Shown piece after piece: positions 24,026 to 36,397 of a stretch of 64,000 nucleotides of DNA. The notes under the pieces were generated by a model. It was given only the letters and a program-made list of their open reading frames with translations, ran no database searches and was not told where the DNA came from. The position numbers and the translations under genes are program-made. The DNA comes from Strigamia acuminata (taxonomy: Eukaryota). How positions within the stretch are numbered: position 1 is the stretch's first letter; each line of letters opens with the position of its first letter. The stretch spans positions 12,338,001 to 12,402,000 of the forward strand of contig OX442314.1 of the NCBI GenBank assembly GCA_949358305.1, given 5' to 3'.

Positions 24026-26645
24026 CGGAAACACACTCCAATGGTGAGTCCCCTACTTACGAACTGTATGCCAGCTATTGTACTTTTCAGAGTAATACAA
24101 AAAAATTTGTTTAATATGTAATTTTATTAATTTCTAATTTAAAAAAAATTAGAATAATTAAAACTGTTTTCAAAAAAGAGGATTTCCGGTAATAATTTTT
24201 CAACCGTGTACACTTTAGCTGGACATACGAACAATTCGATTTGCGAACGCTTTCTTGGAATGGGATTAGTTCGTGGGTAGGAGACTTACTGTATCCAAAA
24301 GAATATGTCGTGGACTCAGGATCCGAGCGTCCACTATTAATCAGGACGGACTAACCTAGCATCGTTGTAAGATGTTTTCCTGTCACAAAGTAATAATAGA
24401 CTGAAATAAGTTCAGATTTGTTTTTACTTGGTTGTGATCACGGGATTATTCAATAAGTAATATAGTTAATAAGGCCCGGAATTCAACTTGCATCGCAGTT
24501 GAATGCCATGGTAGGACTTCTATCTATAAATTAGGCTTCAAAATTGACTAGGGGTTGAGAAATAATAGATACAATACATGGTTATAGTTTAAAATGAATA
24601 TATGGTTTAATCACGAACCAAGGATAACATGGAGACGTATCCGTGTGTTATTTTCTATTGATTTGTTCTTCTGTGCACTGATTGGATGATTGCAATTACG
24701 TGTTATGCATTGGTTGCCAACTACGCATGTTTGTTACCTGTTGTAATCCCAGAATACAGTGCAGCTACATATTACGTCAAAGAAATGACCCACTTTTCTG
24801 AATGTTTAGAGAAACAGGATTCTAAAAAGTGATCCAAAACCATATACCCTCCATTGCAGCACCAGTTACATATTGTTTTCGTGAAACGAATGATAGCTAA
24901 GCATCATTCTAATGACATAAATTGGAGGAGCTTTCGGAAGATTCACAGGAGATGGCGCACCTATCCTATCTGAAAAATGTAATAAAAATTGAAAAAAAAA
25001 AGAAGCAGTTTGAACCCCTGCTGTCAATTGAATTTTCAATTGCTAGTGGGAGTTGGTTGTTAACATCCACACAACCTGTAAGATCAACTGTAACTGAAGT
25101 GACCCAGGCAGGTGCGCCATCTTCTGGGACTCCAGAGATTAGTGTGTTAGAATTGGCAGCAGTGATGATGACATCATCTATCTATACCATGCCTTAAAAA
25201 CGTTTTAGCATCGATATCACAGACGTACAAAATTCACGATTTTGGTACTATAATCGGTATTCATTTTGGAGTTACAATCTAAATTCTGTGCAATAATAAA
25301 TATATATCTATAAAATTTGCTTCCGGTAAAATGGTTGAATTATTTATTTGTAGGCCCATTATATTGAAAGCATTTTTTATAGATCAGATAAAACTTAAAA
25401 TAATTTTTTATCAATAATTTAAATGCTCGTGTTGTTGTGCAAGTAAAGAAATACAATCTTTGCATAAAACTTGTCTATATTGAAGCAATCCTAAAATAAA
25501 ATTATATCAATTGTATACCTTTCAGTTTTTACAGTTTCAAAGTTTAAAACACGTTCAGTTTATCTCTGCTGTAGTAAATGAGGACACAATAGCTGTGATG
25601 TATTCACCAAATAAAAGTCCGTGAGAATAGTTCATAGTTTTAATCGTGCAAGATTGTCAACCAAACCATGTGCCGACTCGTACTCGAGTGAGCACATTTG
25701 CACTCTTCAAGGTAACAAGTAATTAACATGATTACAGTTATTACCTATAGAGGGCTTTAGGGCATACGTCATTACTCAGTATGACAATACATGACAATAG
25801 CAATAGCTACTAAAAATTGATTAAAATAATTAATGAAATAAAAATTAATTCATTCATTCATTAATTCATTTTAATTTTTTTTATGATATTAGCTATAATG
25901 ATTACTTTTAGCTCAAACTCGAATGGCCCAACAAGTGTAATGTCTGGAGCTGCATGAGTGCACGAGGTGTTGGGTGAATAACACCCATTAATGGAACAGA
26001 TAAAACCAATCAGTATATCTTTACGGATCATTTTTTGATCCACTTATGAGAGAATCTGTTTTCTGATAATGATGATGAAAACTAAATTTTTCAAAAAGAT
26101 TTGACCCCCATTCGCAAAACAAAAGGCAAGCAGCTGACATGGGTAGGTAATACTCCAGACTTGAATTCATTTGTAGCTAAATAATGGTAGAATCGTTTCT
26201 TAAAACCGTGCATTAGTCATTTATTTTGTTATCTTTTTTAAGAAATTGTCTTAAGAGGCCATGAGCTTACTTTTGACCAATATTCCATTTCATTGAAACC
26301 GAGTAGTAAATCCTCCACGTGCATCCTCCACATTTTACGGACTTTAAGACGCACCCCCAAATTTATTAAGTCAGTTTTTAAGAAAATATATTTTTGGACG
26401 ACAAGACGCATCGGACCAAAAGCCACAGAGACTAATTTTATACAAAATACCCACCGAAATGTTCGTCTCGTCGAGACAAGCATTTTGGGTAACAGCGCGT
26501 ATGGCTAAGCCGTGCGCAAATTTGTCAAATCGGCCTTTGAAGTATCAAAAAACAAAAGCTCGGATCATAAGACACACCCCCCATTTTTGGTTCATTTTTA
26601 CAAGTAAAAAAGTGCGTCTTATGGTTCGTATAAAATACGCTAGCC

Positions 26646-26860
26646 CATAGGGTGCATGACTGCATCACATTGAGTTCTGCAGTGTTTGGCTCCTCCTTCT
26701 CTAAGACCCTCTTTGTCATGTACCAACTCTTCCAAGTGATGTGCAACCTCCATGACCAAGGCATCTTCCTGATCTTCCTCGGCGATCTGTCGCTGAACGA
26801 CGTCTGCCTCAACCAAAACCTTTGGGTGTTTGTCTGCCCGCGCATCTGGGATGTGTTCAT
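26646..26860 (+). pseudogene. Isolated WDR81-like gene fragment (region N-terminal to the BEACH domain)
   Basis: Translation HRVHDCITLSSAVFGSSFSKTLFVMYQLFQVMCNLHDQG(IFL)IFLGDLSLNDVCLNQNLWVFVCPR resembles WDR81 'SLHD.vTFSPA...S..K.LF..yql...m...H..GL..G.lsL..i...e.L' from memory. Contains a 9-bp tandem duplication; no other WDR81 exons seen in the window. Confidence 0.65.
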
Positions 26861-27476
26861 GCGCAAGACCAAGCGATTATTGTGTTTTATAAATTAACTC
26901 AAACCTTGTTATAACTAACCGCGATTTAACTAATTACTGATACTTAAAATTACTTAAAATGCAATACAATACTTAAAATTACCAATACTTAAAACTGGCT
27001 TGGTTGGTTGGCCAAAGAAAACACCATGTTAAAAAAAAATTGATATTACGAACTTTTGTTATAACGAACCGATTTTTTGGGTCCCTTGTGATTCGTTACA
27101 ACGAGGCTCGACTGTACTACTACTGTATAACCCAGATTTGAGATGGTTTCTACTTTGAGATAAATAGTAAATTAAAAATGGCAGTGTTCTTGTGTTTGAT
27201 TTCCAGAAATGTCTTTAACAACGTGTTTAAATAACCACTGTTTTATATAGTCTTAAATAACTTTTATTAAGCACTAACCTGCATTAATAACTATCTAAAA
27301 CAAATACAAAATGAAAGGCATAATCAATACCAAAATAACAGCCAAAATATCAAGTATACAGGGTGGACAATTTGAAAATTTTATTAAAATGGCAGCAAGA
27401 GTCAGTTACTTTTGAAATACTTGTATAATATATAAACATAATAGTAAAGTTTTTTCAAATATTTAATAAATTTCTA

Positions 27477-27672
27477 CAGTCAAAACTCTTTACAACGAAT
27501 CGCAAGGGACCCGAAAAATCGATTCGTTAAAACGAGAATTCGTTTTATTGAATTTTTTTAACATGGTGTTGTATGGTCATGGTCAGCCAACCAAACCAGC
27601 CAATTTTAGGTACCGGTATTCGTTATGTCTATAATTTGTTATATCGCGATTCGTTATAAAGAGTTTCGACTG
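27477..27672. mobile_element. Tc1/mariner-pogo-type MITE (CAGTCGA family)
   Basis: TA|CAGTCAAAACTCTTTACAACGAATCGC ... GCGATTCGTTATAAAGAGTTTCGACTG; very similar to 21632-21815. Another partial copy in the opposite orientation ends at 27114. Confidence 0.8.
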
Positions 27673-27764
27673 CATATGGGTCTCAATCATTGCATGGACG
27701 ACATCAATTTTTGTCAAAGTTTTCCTTAACATCGCTTCATTGACAATCTGAATGGTAGTATTTA

Positions 27765-28195
27765 CCGTACTGCCTCATTCAAACGCCTGGATTCACTTAG
27801 GCGCCGGGCCCGTTTTAACGCCGGGCAGACGTAGGTAAAAAATTCTATTAACGCCGGCCCCGTATTGACGCCGGGTTTGAAATTGGCGCCGGGTAAACCC
27901 GCAATAGGCAATGACGTCTGCATAACGTACGCACACGTTACGTTTTGTACGTGTATAAATTGCCTTCATTGTTTGTTTATCACATTGTTTCCGTGTTAGC
28001 GTGTTAGCAGTGTTATAAATAACAATTTTCTTTCAAGAAATATTATTTTTTGGTACTTTGTTTTCCGGATTTTTTTTTTAAACAATTTTTCAGGATAAAC
28101 GCCTGGCTCATTTAACCGCCTGGTTTCAAATTACCGCCTGGCAGTCGGCCCAAAAAAAAATTTAAACGCTCGGGCGTTTAAATGAGGCAGTACGG
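27765..28195. mobile_element. Tc1/mariner-type MITE (CCGTA termini)
   Basis: TA|CCGTACTGCCTCATTCAAACGCC ... GGCGTTTAAATGAGGCAGTACGG|TA; internal ACGCCGGG repeats. Confidence 0.85.
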
Positions 28196-29120
28196 TATTT
28201 AAGTTGAAGCGTTGAAGCTGATGCAACAACGCATGCATGTGAACTAGTCTTAAAAGGTACAGGGCCCCGAATCCAATTGCATCAAATGTTGAGACAGTTT
28301 TGTCAGTCACTGTATTAATAGAGTACAATCAGTTATAACTTTACGATATACTTGGCTGAATGCTGATAAAAACTGATAATAACTAATAAGTTAAACTCTT
28401 CTAATTGAAATTGCGCAAGATCACTATATCTATATATAAAAGTTACGACCTTACAAGTTTGTTATCCGATTATAACCATAGGCGAAAATATGAATTTTCT
28501 TTATTCTTGGTGATCTTTGTTGGCACAATAGAAACAGACCTTTGCCAAAAAATGTGAATAGTTTGTGGCAGAAAAATACTGCATGTTATCCGCACTCCGC
28601 ATTATAGATGTTGAGCTTCTTCAATAAACGTTTATGGGGCACAACATAAGTACAACTTTCCAATTTATTTTTTATATAAGCTTAGCAATAGCAATATGTT
28701 TCTAAATTGTATTTTTCCATTACTGCACAATGGGTTGGGTACTTTTTTTGTTATTCTACAAAGTGTTTACATTATTTTATGTTGTTATTGTTGGACACTC
28801 TTGAAATAATTTATTGTCAGTGCTGTTTCATATAAGCTCGAATATGTCGGTTAAAAATTGAAGAAATGGGCCCCCGCAAAGAAGGTTCATTTTTATTTAC
28901 CTTTTTAAAGGCTTTTATTTAACTTGACTTGAATGTTGTGTTTCAACTTCCAGTTTATGTAATTTTGAAAAAAAATAATTAAAAAATTAATCATAAGATT
29001 GGAAAGTAGACTTTTCTGGTGCAGTTTTTGGTCTACTTTCCAATTAATATGATAAAATTACTATTAAAAGTAGTTAAGAGGGAGAACATGCTGATTTACG
29101 GCGAAATGTAATCAAATCGG

Positions 29121-29135
29121 AGCGCCACCTGGCGG
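29121..29135 (-). promoter_or_regulatory. CTCF-like motif
   Basis: Reverse complement CCGCCAGGTGGCGCT fits the CTCF core consensus. Motif match only. Confidence 0.35.
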
Positions 29136-31964
29136 AACCCGTGTTCTTTAATGGATGCCAAAATGTTTGCCCGATACGAACTTTGATGTTTTCGGTACTA
29201 AAAAAAGATTTAAAAATTCTGAAACCAAGCTCATTTTGACAAGGATACAATTCTACACAAGCCTGTGTATTTCTTTTTTGGATTTGTTTGAAAGAATGTA
29301 CGTTCTTTTAATCCTCGGAGGCCTAAGGGTAAAATGTTGTGTTAAGTATAAGGCATTACGCATTTATGGACAATTTTCAAGTCAATTAGTTAAAGTGCTG
29401 TTTCGGTTTTGGAAATTTTGCAACTAATTTTATAGAGGGTGCTAGTTGTGAACAGTGAAAAAATATATTTTTTTAACAACTAGTGGTTGTTTTAAACACT
29501 ACTGGTGAATGCGAAAAGCTGTTGACTGAAGCGCTCTTACTTAGGCAGCAAAGCCAGAATAATAGTTTTGCTGGAGTTTTAAGGGGCAGAAATTTTGCAT
29601 TTAGCATAATTAATTAAATAAATGACCAATGACTTAAAATTTCACCTGAGTTAAAGTTCAGTACAGTATGATATAAAAACAAAATCAGAAATTTTCAGAA
29701 AAAAAAAATATTTTCTTATTCAAGAAAGATGTTCTTCCTAAATGCGTATAGCCTTATGCTTTCGAGGGTTAAGATCGTAGCCGGCGACCGCATGGTAAAT
29801 TTGGTGAAAAATTTGGTGTTCAACATGAGAAATAACAAAACTTTTTATGACCAAAAAAATGGACTTGAAGATAAAAGATGATTCAATTTTTTATCCACTG
29901 GAAAGACTTCTTTATACATCAATAGGCCCTACTTTAGCATTTAAAATTGAGCAAAGGCTGAGGGCGGATATCCCCTAAATTGGGTTGAGCGCGAATAATG
30001 CTCTATTGATCCCAACGCACAGTTTTCAATGTGATTCTTATGGTCAGTTGAGCCTCATGCTTAACAGAGATAATCCTGGGATGGCTACCAATTGGCTGCG
30101 GGGCTATTACCACTTCCGGTCAGTGACAACAGTGCGATCAAAAGTGAACTTTTGCGCGTTCAAGCGGGAATCATTACGGCAATGAGAAGGAGCGCCAAAT
30201 TGCGTCGTCCGTTTTTATTTCAACTTTACTGGCCTCATTATGGCTACGAGGTACCATCAAGGGGGAGAACACAGAATGAGCAGAGAGAAACATTTGGAAT
30301 GTCTCCAGATTTCTCTTAAAACCTGGAAGCACGTCAATAACTGATGTTAGGAGATAAAAATATAATAAAAACGAGCGATGGGAATAAAAAAAATACAAGT
30401 GGTCACTTAGAAAATCGTTTGAATATTTGAAACAATGTTAGTTATATTGAATCCGTGAGGATTTTGAGTCAACATTAAATGTCTAAATTTGTTTTACAAT
30501 TTGTCATTTACACTGATGCAAGGGCAGGTGGTCTCGGTGCAATTCTCATGCTGTAGTTGGGATGTTCGGTGAAAATAAATCAAATTTAGATTTTGATATA
30601 ACGCATTGCAGTGGAGCAAATAAATTGCTCCAGAATGAAATGAAATGTGAATTTTTTATTGTATAAAGAAAAAAAAAGATATAAATCCTACCTTATGTAG
30701 TCTACATACAAACTGGTTACTTGGCATCGGGCTTCACTGCATGACACTGAGGCTTCCCTTCGCATCATTTAACCGCACCACTGCAATACCATTTCCAACG
30801 AGACTTGGAAACCATCCTCTTAAACAAACTGCTCTACGTGTGAATACTTCGGTTTCGCGATCAATGCATGGATGACTTTAAATTGCGCGAACGAATTGAA
30901 AGCTGATTGTGTCGCATGGCCATTTAAGTCAAACGTGGCCTCATGTTACGCCCACCTCCCATCGCGCATACCTTCACCACCTTTCAACACCAACACCTAA
31001 CCCTAAACCACACGGAACACATCACTCATTTTCTATATATATATTTTTTTCGTCTTTTTTTTATCGTGCAAAATCCGGGTTTCAATAGCATAGAACGATA
31101 TCAAATCAGTTTCAGTGTGCAAATATACTCTTCGCTCATTTATGATGTTACACAGCTGCCACACTTGAAATGAAATGACAATTTAAAATCGATGGGATTA
31201 ATCTCTCCGCACGTAAAAGTCTAAATTTTGCGAAGTTATGAAGTAAAATATTACTTGTATGAATAACAAATAAATGATGAAATAGAAAATAATTTTTTTT
31301 ATTTTATTTTATTTTTTTAACTTTGAATTTTTACATTGATGGGTCGATTTTGGACCCATGTGGATGTGCAGTGGAGCTCATATAATGACTAGAGACGACC
31401 CCTGACAATAAAATGTATGAATATTTTTAAGGATGTCATTTATAGTACGTGACGCATCAAATAAGGTGATGTTACGGTTTCTTAAAGAGGGAAAAGAACG
31501 TCTTTATTTTATTTCGACAAATTTATTAAAGGGGAAAAAGATAATTCCATATTCTCGTGTTGACGTGACATAATGGTGTGATGGATAACAATGGTTTTAT
31601 TGCTATTTTGGCATCTGCTATAAACAAGTGGTGATAAGCGCTCTCAATTTTCAAAATTCTATAGGTGCAATTAAGATGATAGAGATACGCATGCGCGAAG
31701 TGCAATTTTGTTTAAAGACAAATCCAAGAGGAAGAAATTAGAAGAGTGACACAACTTGTATCTTCTGGTATCTTTTAAGCTTAGCTCACTTGTCAGTAAT
31801 TGAAAAAATGATGACATGATATCCGCGAGCCAAAAGATAAAGTTCTCTGAAAAACATGAAGATTGAACGTCCATTATCATAAATGCTCTAATAGAACACC
31901 CGTGTTCTATTATCAAAATCCAGATTTTCCACGCGATTTAAATATTGATTTCAATCGCTTCGGT

Positions 31965-32315
31965 CGATTTAGACATTTGTTTTAGGCATTTTGTTCAATT
32001 TAGACATTTATTTTTGACGTTTTGTTCAATTTAGACATTTATTTTTGACGTTTTGTTCAATTTAGACAATTATTTTTGACGTTTTGTTCAATTTAGACAT
32101 TTAATTTAGTCATTTTGTTCAATTTAGACATTGAATTTAGTCGTTTTGTTCAATTATGACATTGAATTTAGTCGTTTTGTTCAATTATGACATTTATTTT
32201 AGACGTTTTGTTCAATTTAGACATTGAATTTAGTCGTTTTGTTCAATTAAGACATTTATTTTAGACGTTTTATTCAATTTAGACATTGAATTCAGTTGTT
32301 TTAGTTAATTTAGAC
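31965..32315 (+). repeat. 31-bp minisatellite, ~12 units
   Basis: Unit approximately TCGTTTTGTTCAATTTAGACATTTATTTTAG; same family as 57688-58079. Confidence 0.9.
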
Positions 32316-33908
32316 CAGTGTTGTAAAGGGTATCACGTTCAATTTATGGAACTCATTTTTTAAAATAATTATTAGGTTGTAACACGATTTTAAAACATCG
32401 AGAGAGAGAAAGTTGAATTTTCTCAAACTTTGCAGCTTCACTTTTATTTTTGAGGATTTTGTGCCCCCTTCTTAAATCGACTCGACCTGCATGGGTTTCG
32501 CCCATTGATCGCACTAGCGCCACCACAAGCGATGGGGAGATGACGGGGAACCCCGCAAAGTGCACGTGGTACAAACATGCCCTATGTTGCGTCTGTGCGT
32601 TACGCTACCGCCATCCCTGGAAATGCCGGAGTAAATTGCTATGCACAATTGCCGCATCATTTCCCATAGCGACGGAATCGCATGCGGCCCCGGAAGTTTG
32701 TTTAAGGCGAATCGGACAAGGTTTTGTCATCAAACTGCGTGTATGATTTGGCATGGATGCAGTTGTCAAGAAACAGAAAAAGAAAGCCCATCTCAAACTC
32801 ATTTACCGCACTTGGCCCTGGTTAAAAAAGTTTCGATGTTTTATTCTCGAGTGGGCTTTGCTTCTTATGTTCCCGCCAGGTAGGCCATTAAATGTTTTAT
32901 TTATTATTTATTTGTTTATTTTTAAGTCCGATTTTTCAATACTTTTCCAATAGTTTGTTGCGAAATAAAAGTTGCGGTTAGTTTGCGCTTTCTTTTCACG
33001 TTTTTAATCGCTTTTAACGTATTTTTAATGTTATTTTCTTGTGAATACGGTCGTTTAAAAGTTTGTGTTTGTGGCGTGATTTTTTGGAAAGAAGATGCAG
33101 CTGGAAGAGAAAAATGAAAACATTTTTTTTTGTGGTTTTTGGTTGACAATAGAAGCATTGTGAATGTGGTTGTAAACAACAAGAGATAAAGTGAGGGGTT
33201 GGAGAGGAAAATATGTGTGCGAAAGATGAAAAATGATGCGGGGCTGTTTGATGTCTGCATTCATCACGCCATGTTGGTTTTGAAATAATTTAGGGTATCG
33301 CTGCAGATATGATTTATGAGTTGACAATTAACTAGGAAATGGAAAATAATACTCAGAAAAATTTTTTTTTTAAATTGTTTTGGATTTTTGAATTTTTTGC
33401 ATTATTTTTTTTTTTTAAAGAAAAATTTTAAAAAGAAAATTTTTAGAAATTTTGGCTCAATTTCTGAACTTTTTTTTTTTCTGCCAGTTTCTGATGCCGG
33501 GATTGAAGGAGAAAAGAAAGAAAAAATTTTCTTTTTACGGTTCTTTCCACTTTAAAGAAGTTGTGCGTGGAAATTTTTTTCTTTACAACAATGAAGTAAA
33601 CATAAAATTTGATAATGTCTTTTCTTCAATGCGCTGAGAACGCATTGGCTTCGCTAAGGTACTCAATGTAATACCGTGGGTAGGGTAAGTAGCAATGTTA
33701 TGCCATGCAGCAAAGCCCAAACAAAATATTCACGTGATAAGAAATGTGTACCGTAAACGCTCTGAGTATAGGATACTAATGGAATGCGGTATCCTTTACA
33801 ACGCGGGTCCAAAAGGACTCAATTCAATATCTGAATTGAACAAATGTTGTGAGTCATGTGATCAGTTTTGAAAATTCGTTATAACGAGGGCTTGTTGGTA
33901 TTACACTA

Positions 33909-34463
33909 GGTGCATTCAAAAACTCTAAAACGGTCGTTTAAACCCGTTTCCACAAACTTTTAAACGAAATTCTCGTTTAAAAGCTCGTGCAAACGGGTTT
34001 AAACGGACTGAAAATACACGACCTTTTTAGGTCGTTTAAATCTTCGTGCCACGAGAAAACTCGTGCAAATCGGGTATTGTTGGCAGCCATCTTGAATCTC
34101 CGTTAGATCGATCGCGACGATCGGAGATATAAGTACAATTTTGCAGCTGTTCTAAATTTTTTTGTAGTGAATGACGATAATAATCATCACCATAGTAATA
34201 ATTAGGGATTGAAACAATAGAAAAATGCGAGGGAAAAAAATCTCGAAATAAATACCGTATGCGACTTGAAATAAATACCCGTATGCAACTTGCAGCGGGA
34301 TATGACCTAGATCTTGATCTGGAATCCCAGATCAAGTTTGGCAGTTAAACCAGAGTTAAACAATCGTTTATTTGCTAAATAAACGATTGCATTCAAAAAC
34401 GAGGCTTTTCGTCTAAAAATTCGTGCGAGACGAAAATTTAGACGAGAAGTTATTGAATGCGCC
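33909..34463. mobile_element. MITE (GGTGCATTCAA termini) nested in CAGTCGA-family sequence
   Basis: TA|GGTGCATTCAAAAACT ... AGTTATTGAATGCGCC|TA. The flanking GTTATAACG-rich host element ends GAGTTTCGACTG|TA at 34631. Related termini occur at ~47535, ~49938 and ~56720. Confidence 0.7.
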
Positions 34464-36269
34464 TACTGTACTTGAAACTTGTTTGTTATAACGAATAATT
34501 CGTTATATTGAAATTCGTTATAACGAAAATATTTAAGATGGTGTTCTATGGCTGGCCAACCAAGTCATTCTTAACAATTCGTTTTATTGATAATTCGTTA
34601 TATCGCGATTCGTTATAAAGAGTTTCGACTGTATCGTATTCGCTTCAAAGAGTAATCGCACAGGCCTAATTTACTGATTTTCTAAATAAACTAATTATAC
34701 TCACAGTTCGGATGTAACTTACAATTTACATCCAAAATGTGTGCAAAACGTTTCATTTATTCTTTCAAAACGTTAAAAAAAATTATATGTCCGATATTGG
34801 TTTCAAATAGCCTGCGGGTCTCTGTTAGCTTGCGGGCTTCCAATTGCGTGATGGGAATTTTTTTTTGTTATAAATAGTGCAAGGTGTGCATTTGGGAGAT
34901 AGATATACGGTACATTGAATTTCTATATCTATGCAATGTTGACTTTCTATGTATTTTGAAGGTTAATGACATTTACAATGTCAAAATATCAAGATTCAAT
35001 TTGTAACAAAAAGTGATAGGCATTTGAAATAGAAGTATTAAACAGACTTTCTATGTTCGTGCTGTTAGTTAAGTAATGTGTAGTTAACAGTTGACAGATT
35101 GAATAAAATTGGGCTATTTTTAATTAGATTAATTAAAATAGGATACAAAGCGAAATTGTTTTCCCCTAATTTCGTTATAATTACGAATCTCGGCGTGTTT
35201 AATCAAATTATGTGATGGAATATGGTCGTTTTCATTTGTGTTGTGATACGGCTTCAAAGACTTTGGCATTAAGGGATTTACTGTACAGGTTTATTCATAC
35301 ATATTTTTATTATTTTTAATTTGTATAGTTTAATTCTTATAATTTTTATAATTAATAATTTTTATTTTTTTATTTTTATAATTTTTGTAATTTTTATAAT
35401 TTTTATAATTTTTGTAATTTGTAATTTTTATAATTTTTATAATTTATGTATTTATACACCAACCATTTACTTGAATGTGAATTTTGATTGATGTGGATTT
35501 ACTTAGCTGTGTTGATAGTTTTCAATTAAAATTTTAATTATTCTCTTCTTTATTTAGTAAGGCAATAAAATGTGAGCGGAGATAAAATGTTTCAATGTGC
35601 AGATTTTGATTTTTTTTTATGTTGGTAAAGTGGATATGGTGTGGTTGTGAAGAAAAAAAAATTAATTCACTGCGATATTTTCATTTTTCCATTTCTTTTC
35701 TTCTTTACTGATTTTTCTTTTTTGTATTCTGAGCAAGTGCTCTTCTTTTTAAATCTTTGTGACATCAAAGGGAGTTTAAGATAGAATTAATCACAGAAAG
35801 AGTGGAGAAATCATTAAATGTATTTGGTTGTCTGCCAGACTTGTTTCCCTCGATTTTTTTTCCTTCCTTATTGTTTCCTATCACGTACAGTTCCACTCCA
35901 CTTCCCTCTTTCAGTTACAAGATTGATTTTTACTCAAGAATTTTCCTTTCCCATCAAACATCCTCCCCCAAAAAAATTCAGTATTGTTTTTTTCTTCATT
36001 TTCTGAAGGTTCATGATCGTGTATACAAAGAGAAACAATTTTGAAATTAATCCTCAATTAAGTGAATTTTTTATATTTGAAAACCATATGGCTGAGTACT
36101 GCACAGTGTGTAGGCCTAAAATGGATCATCTGGTCATCTTGAGATTGGTCTGGGATTGGGACGTTAATTTTCAATTTGTTTTAGAAGTTATGGCTGATAA
36201 CTTAAATTTCAATCATGAATAAATTATCAAGTCTCTGCGTGTGTTGTAAATCCAATTTCGGTGTTGATG

Positions 36270-36397
36270 CAGTGAACTCCCTCTAGACCGGACATAGGCG
36301 AGTCCGGCAGAAATTGCCGAGTACAGATAGTTTTTTTTAGTACTACTGTGGCTTTTACTCGGCCCCAAGTACGCTCAACACTAGAGGGAGTTCACTG
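36270..36397. mobile_element. Small Tc1/mariner-pogo-type MITE
   Basis: 17-bp perfect TIR CAGTGAACTCCCTCTAG / CTAGAGGGAGTTCACTG followed by TA. Confidence 0.8.

Noticed and set aside
31965..32315. CRISPR-like array (also 57688-58079)
   Set aside because: Units are head-to-tail with no unique spacers, there are no cas genes, and the DNA is eukaryotic. It is a minisatellite.
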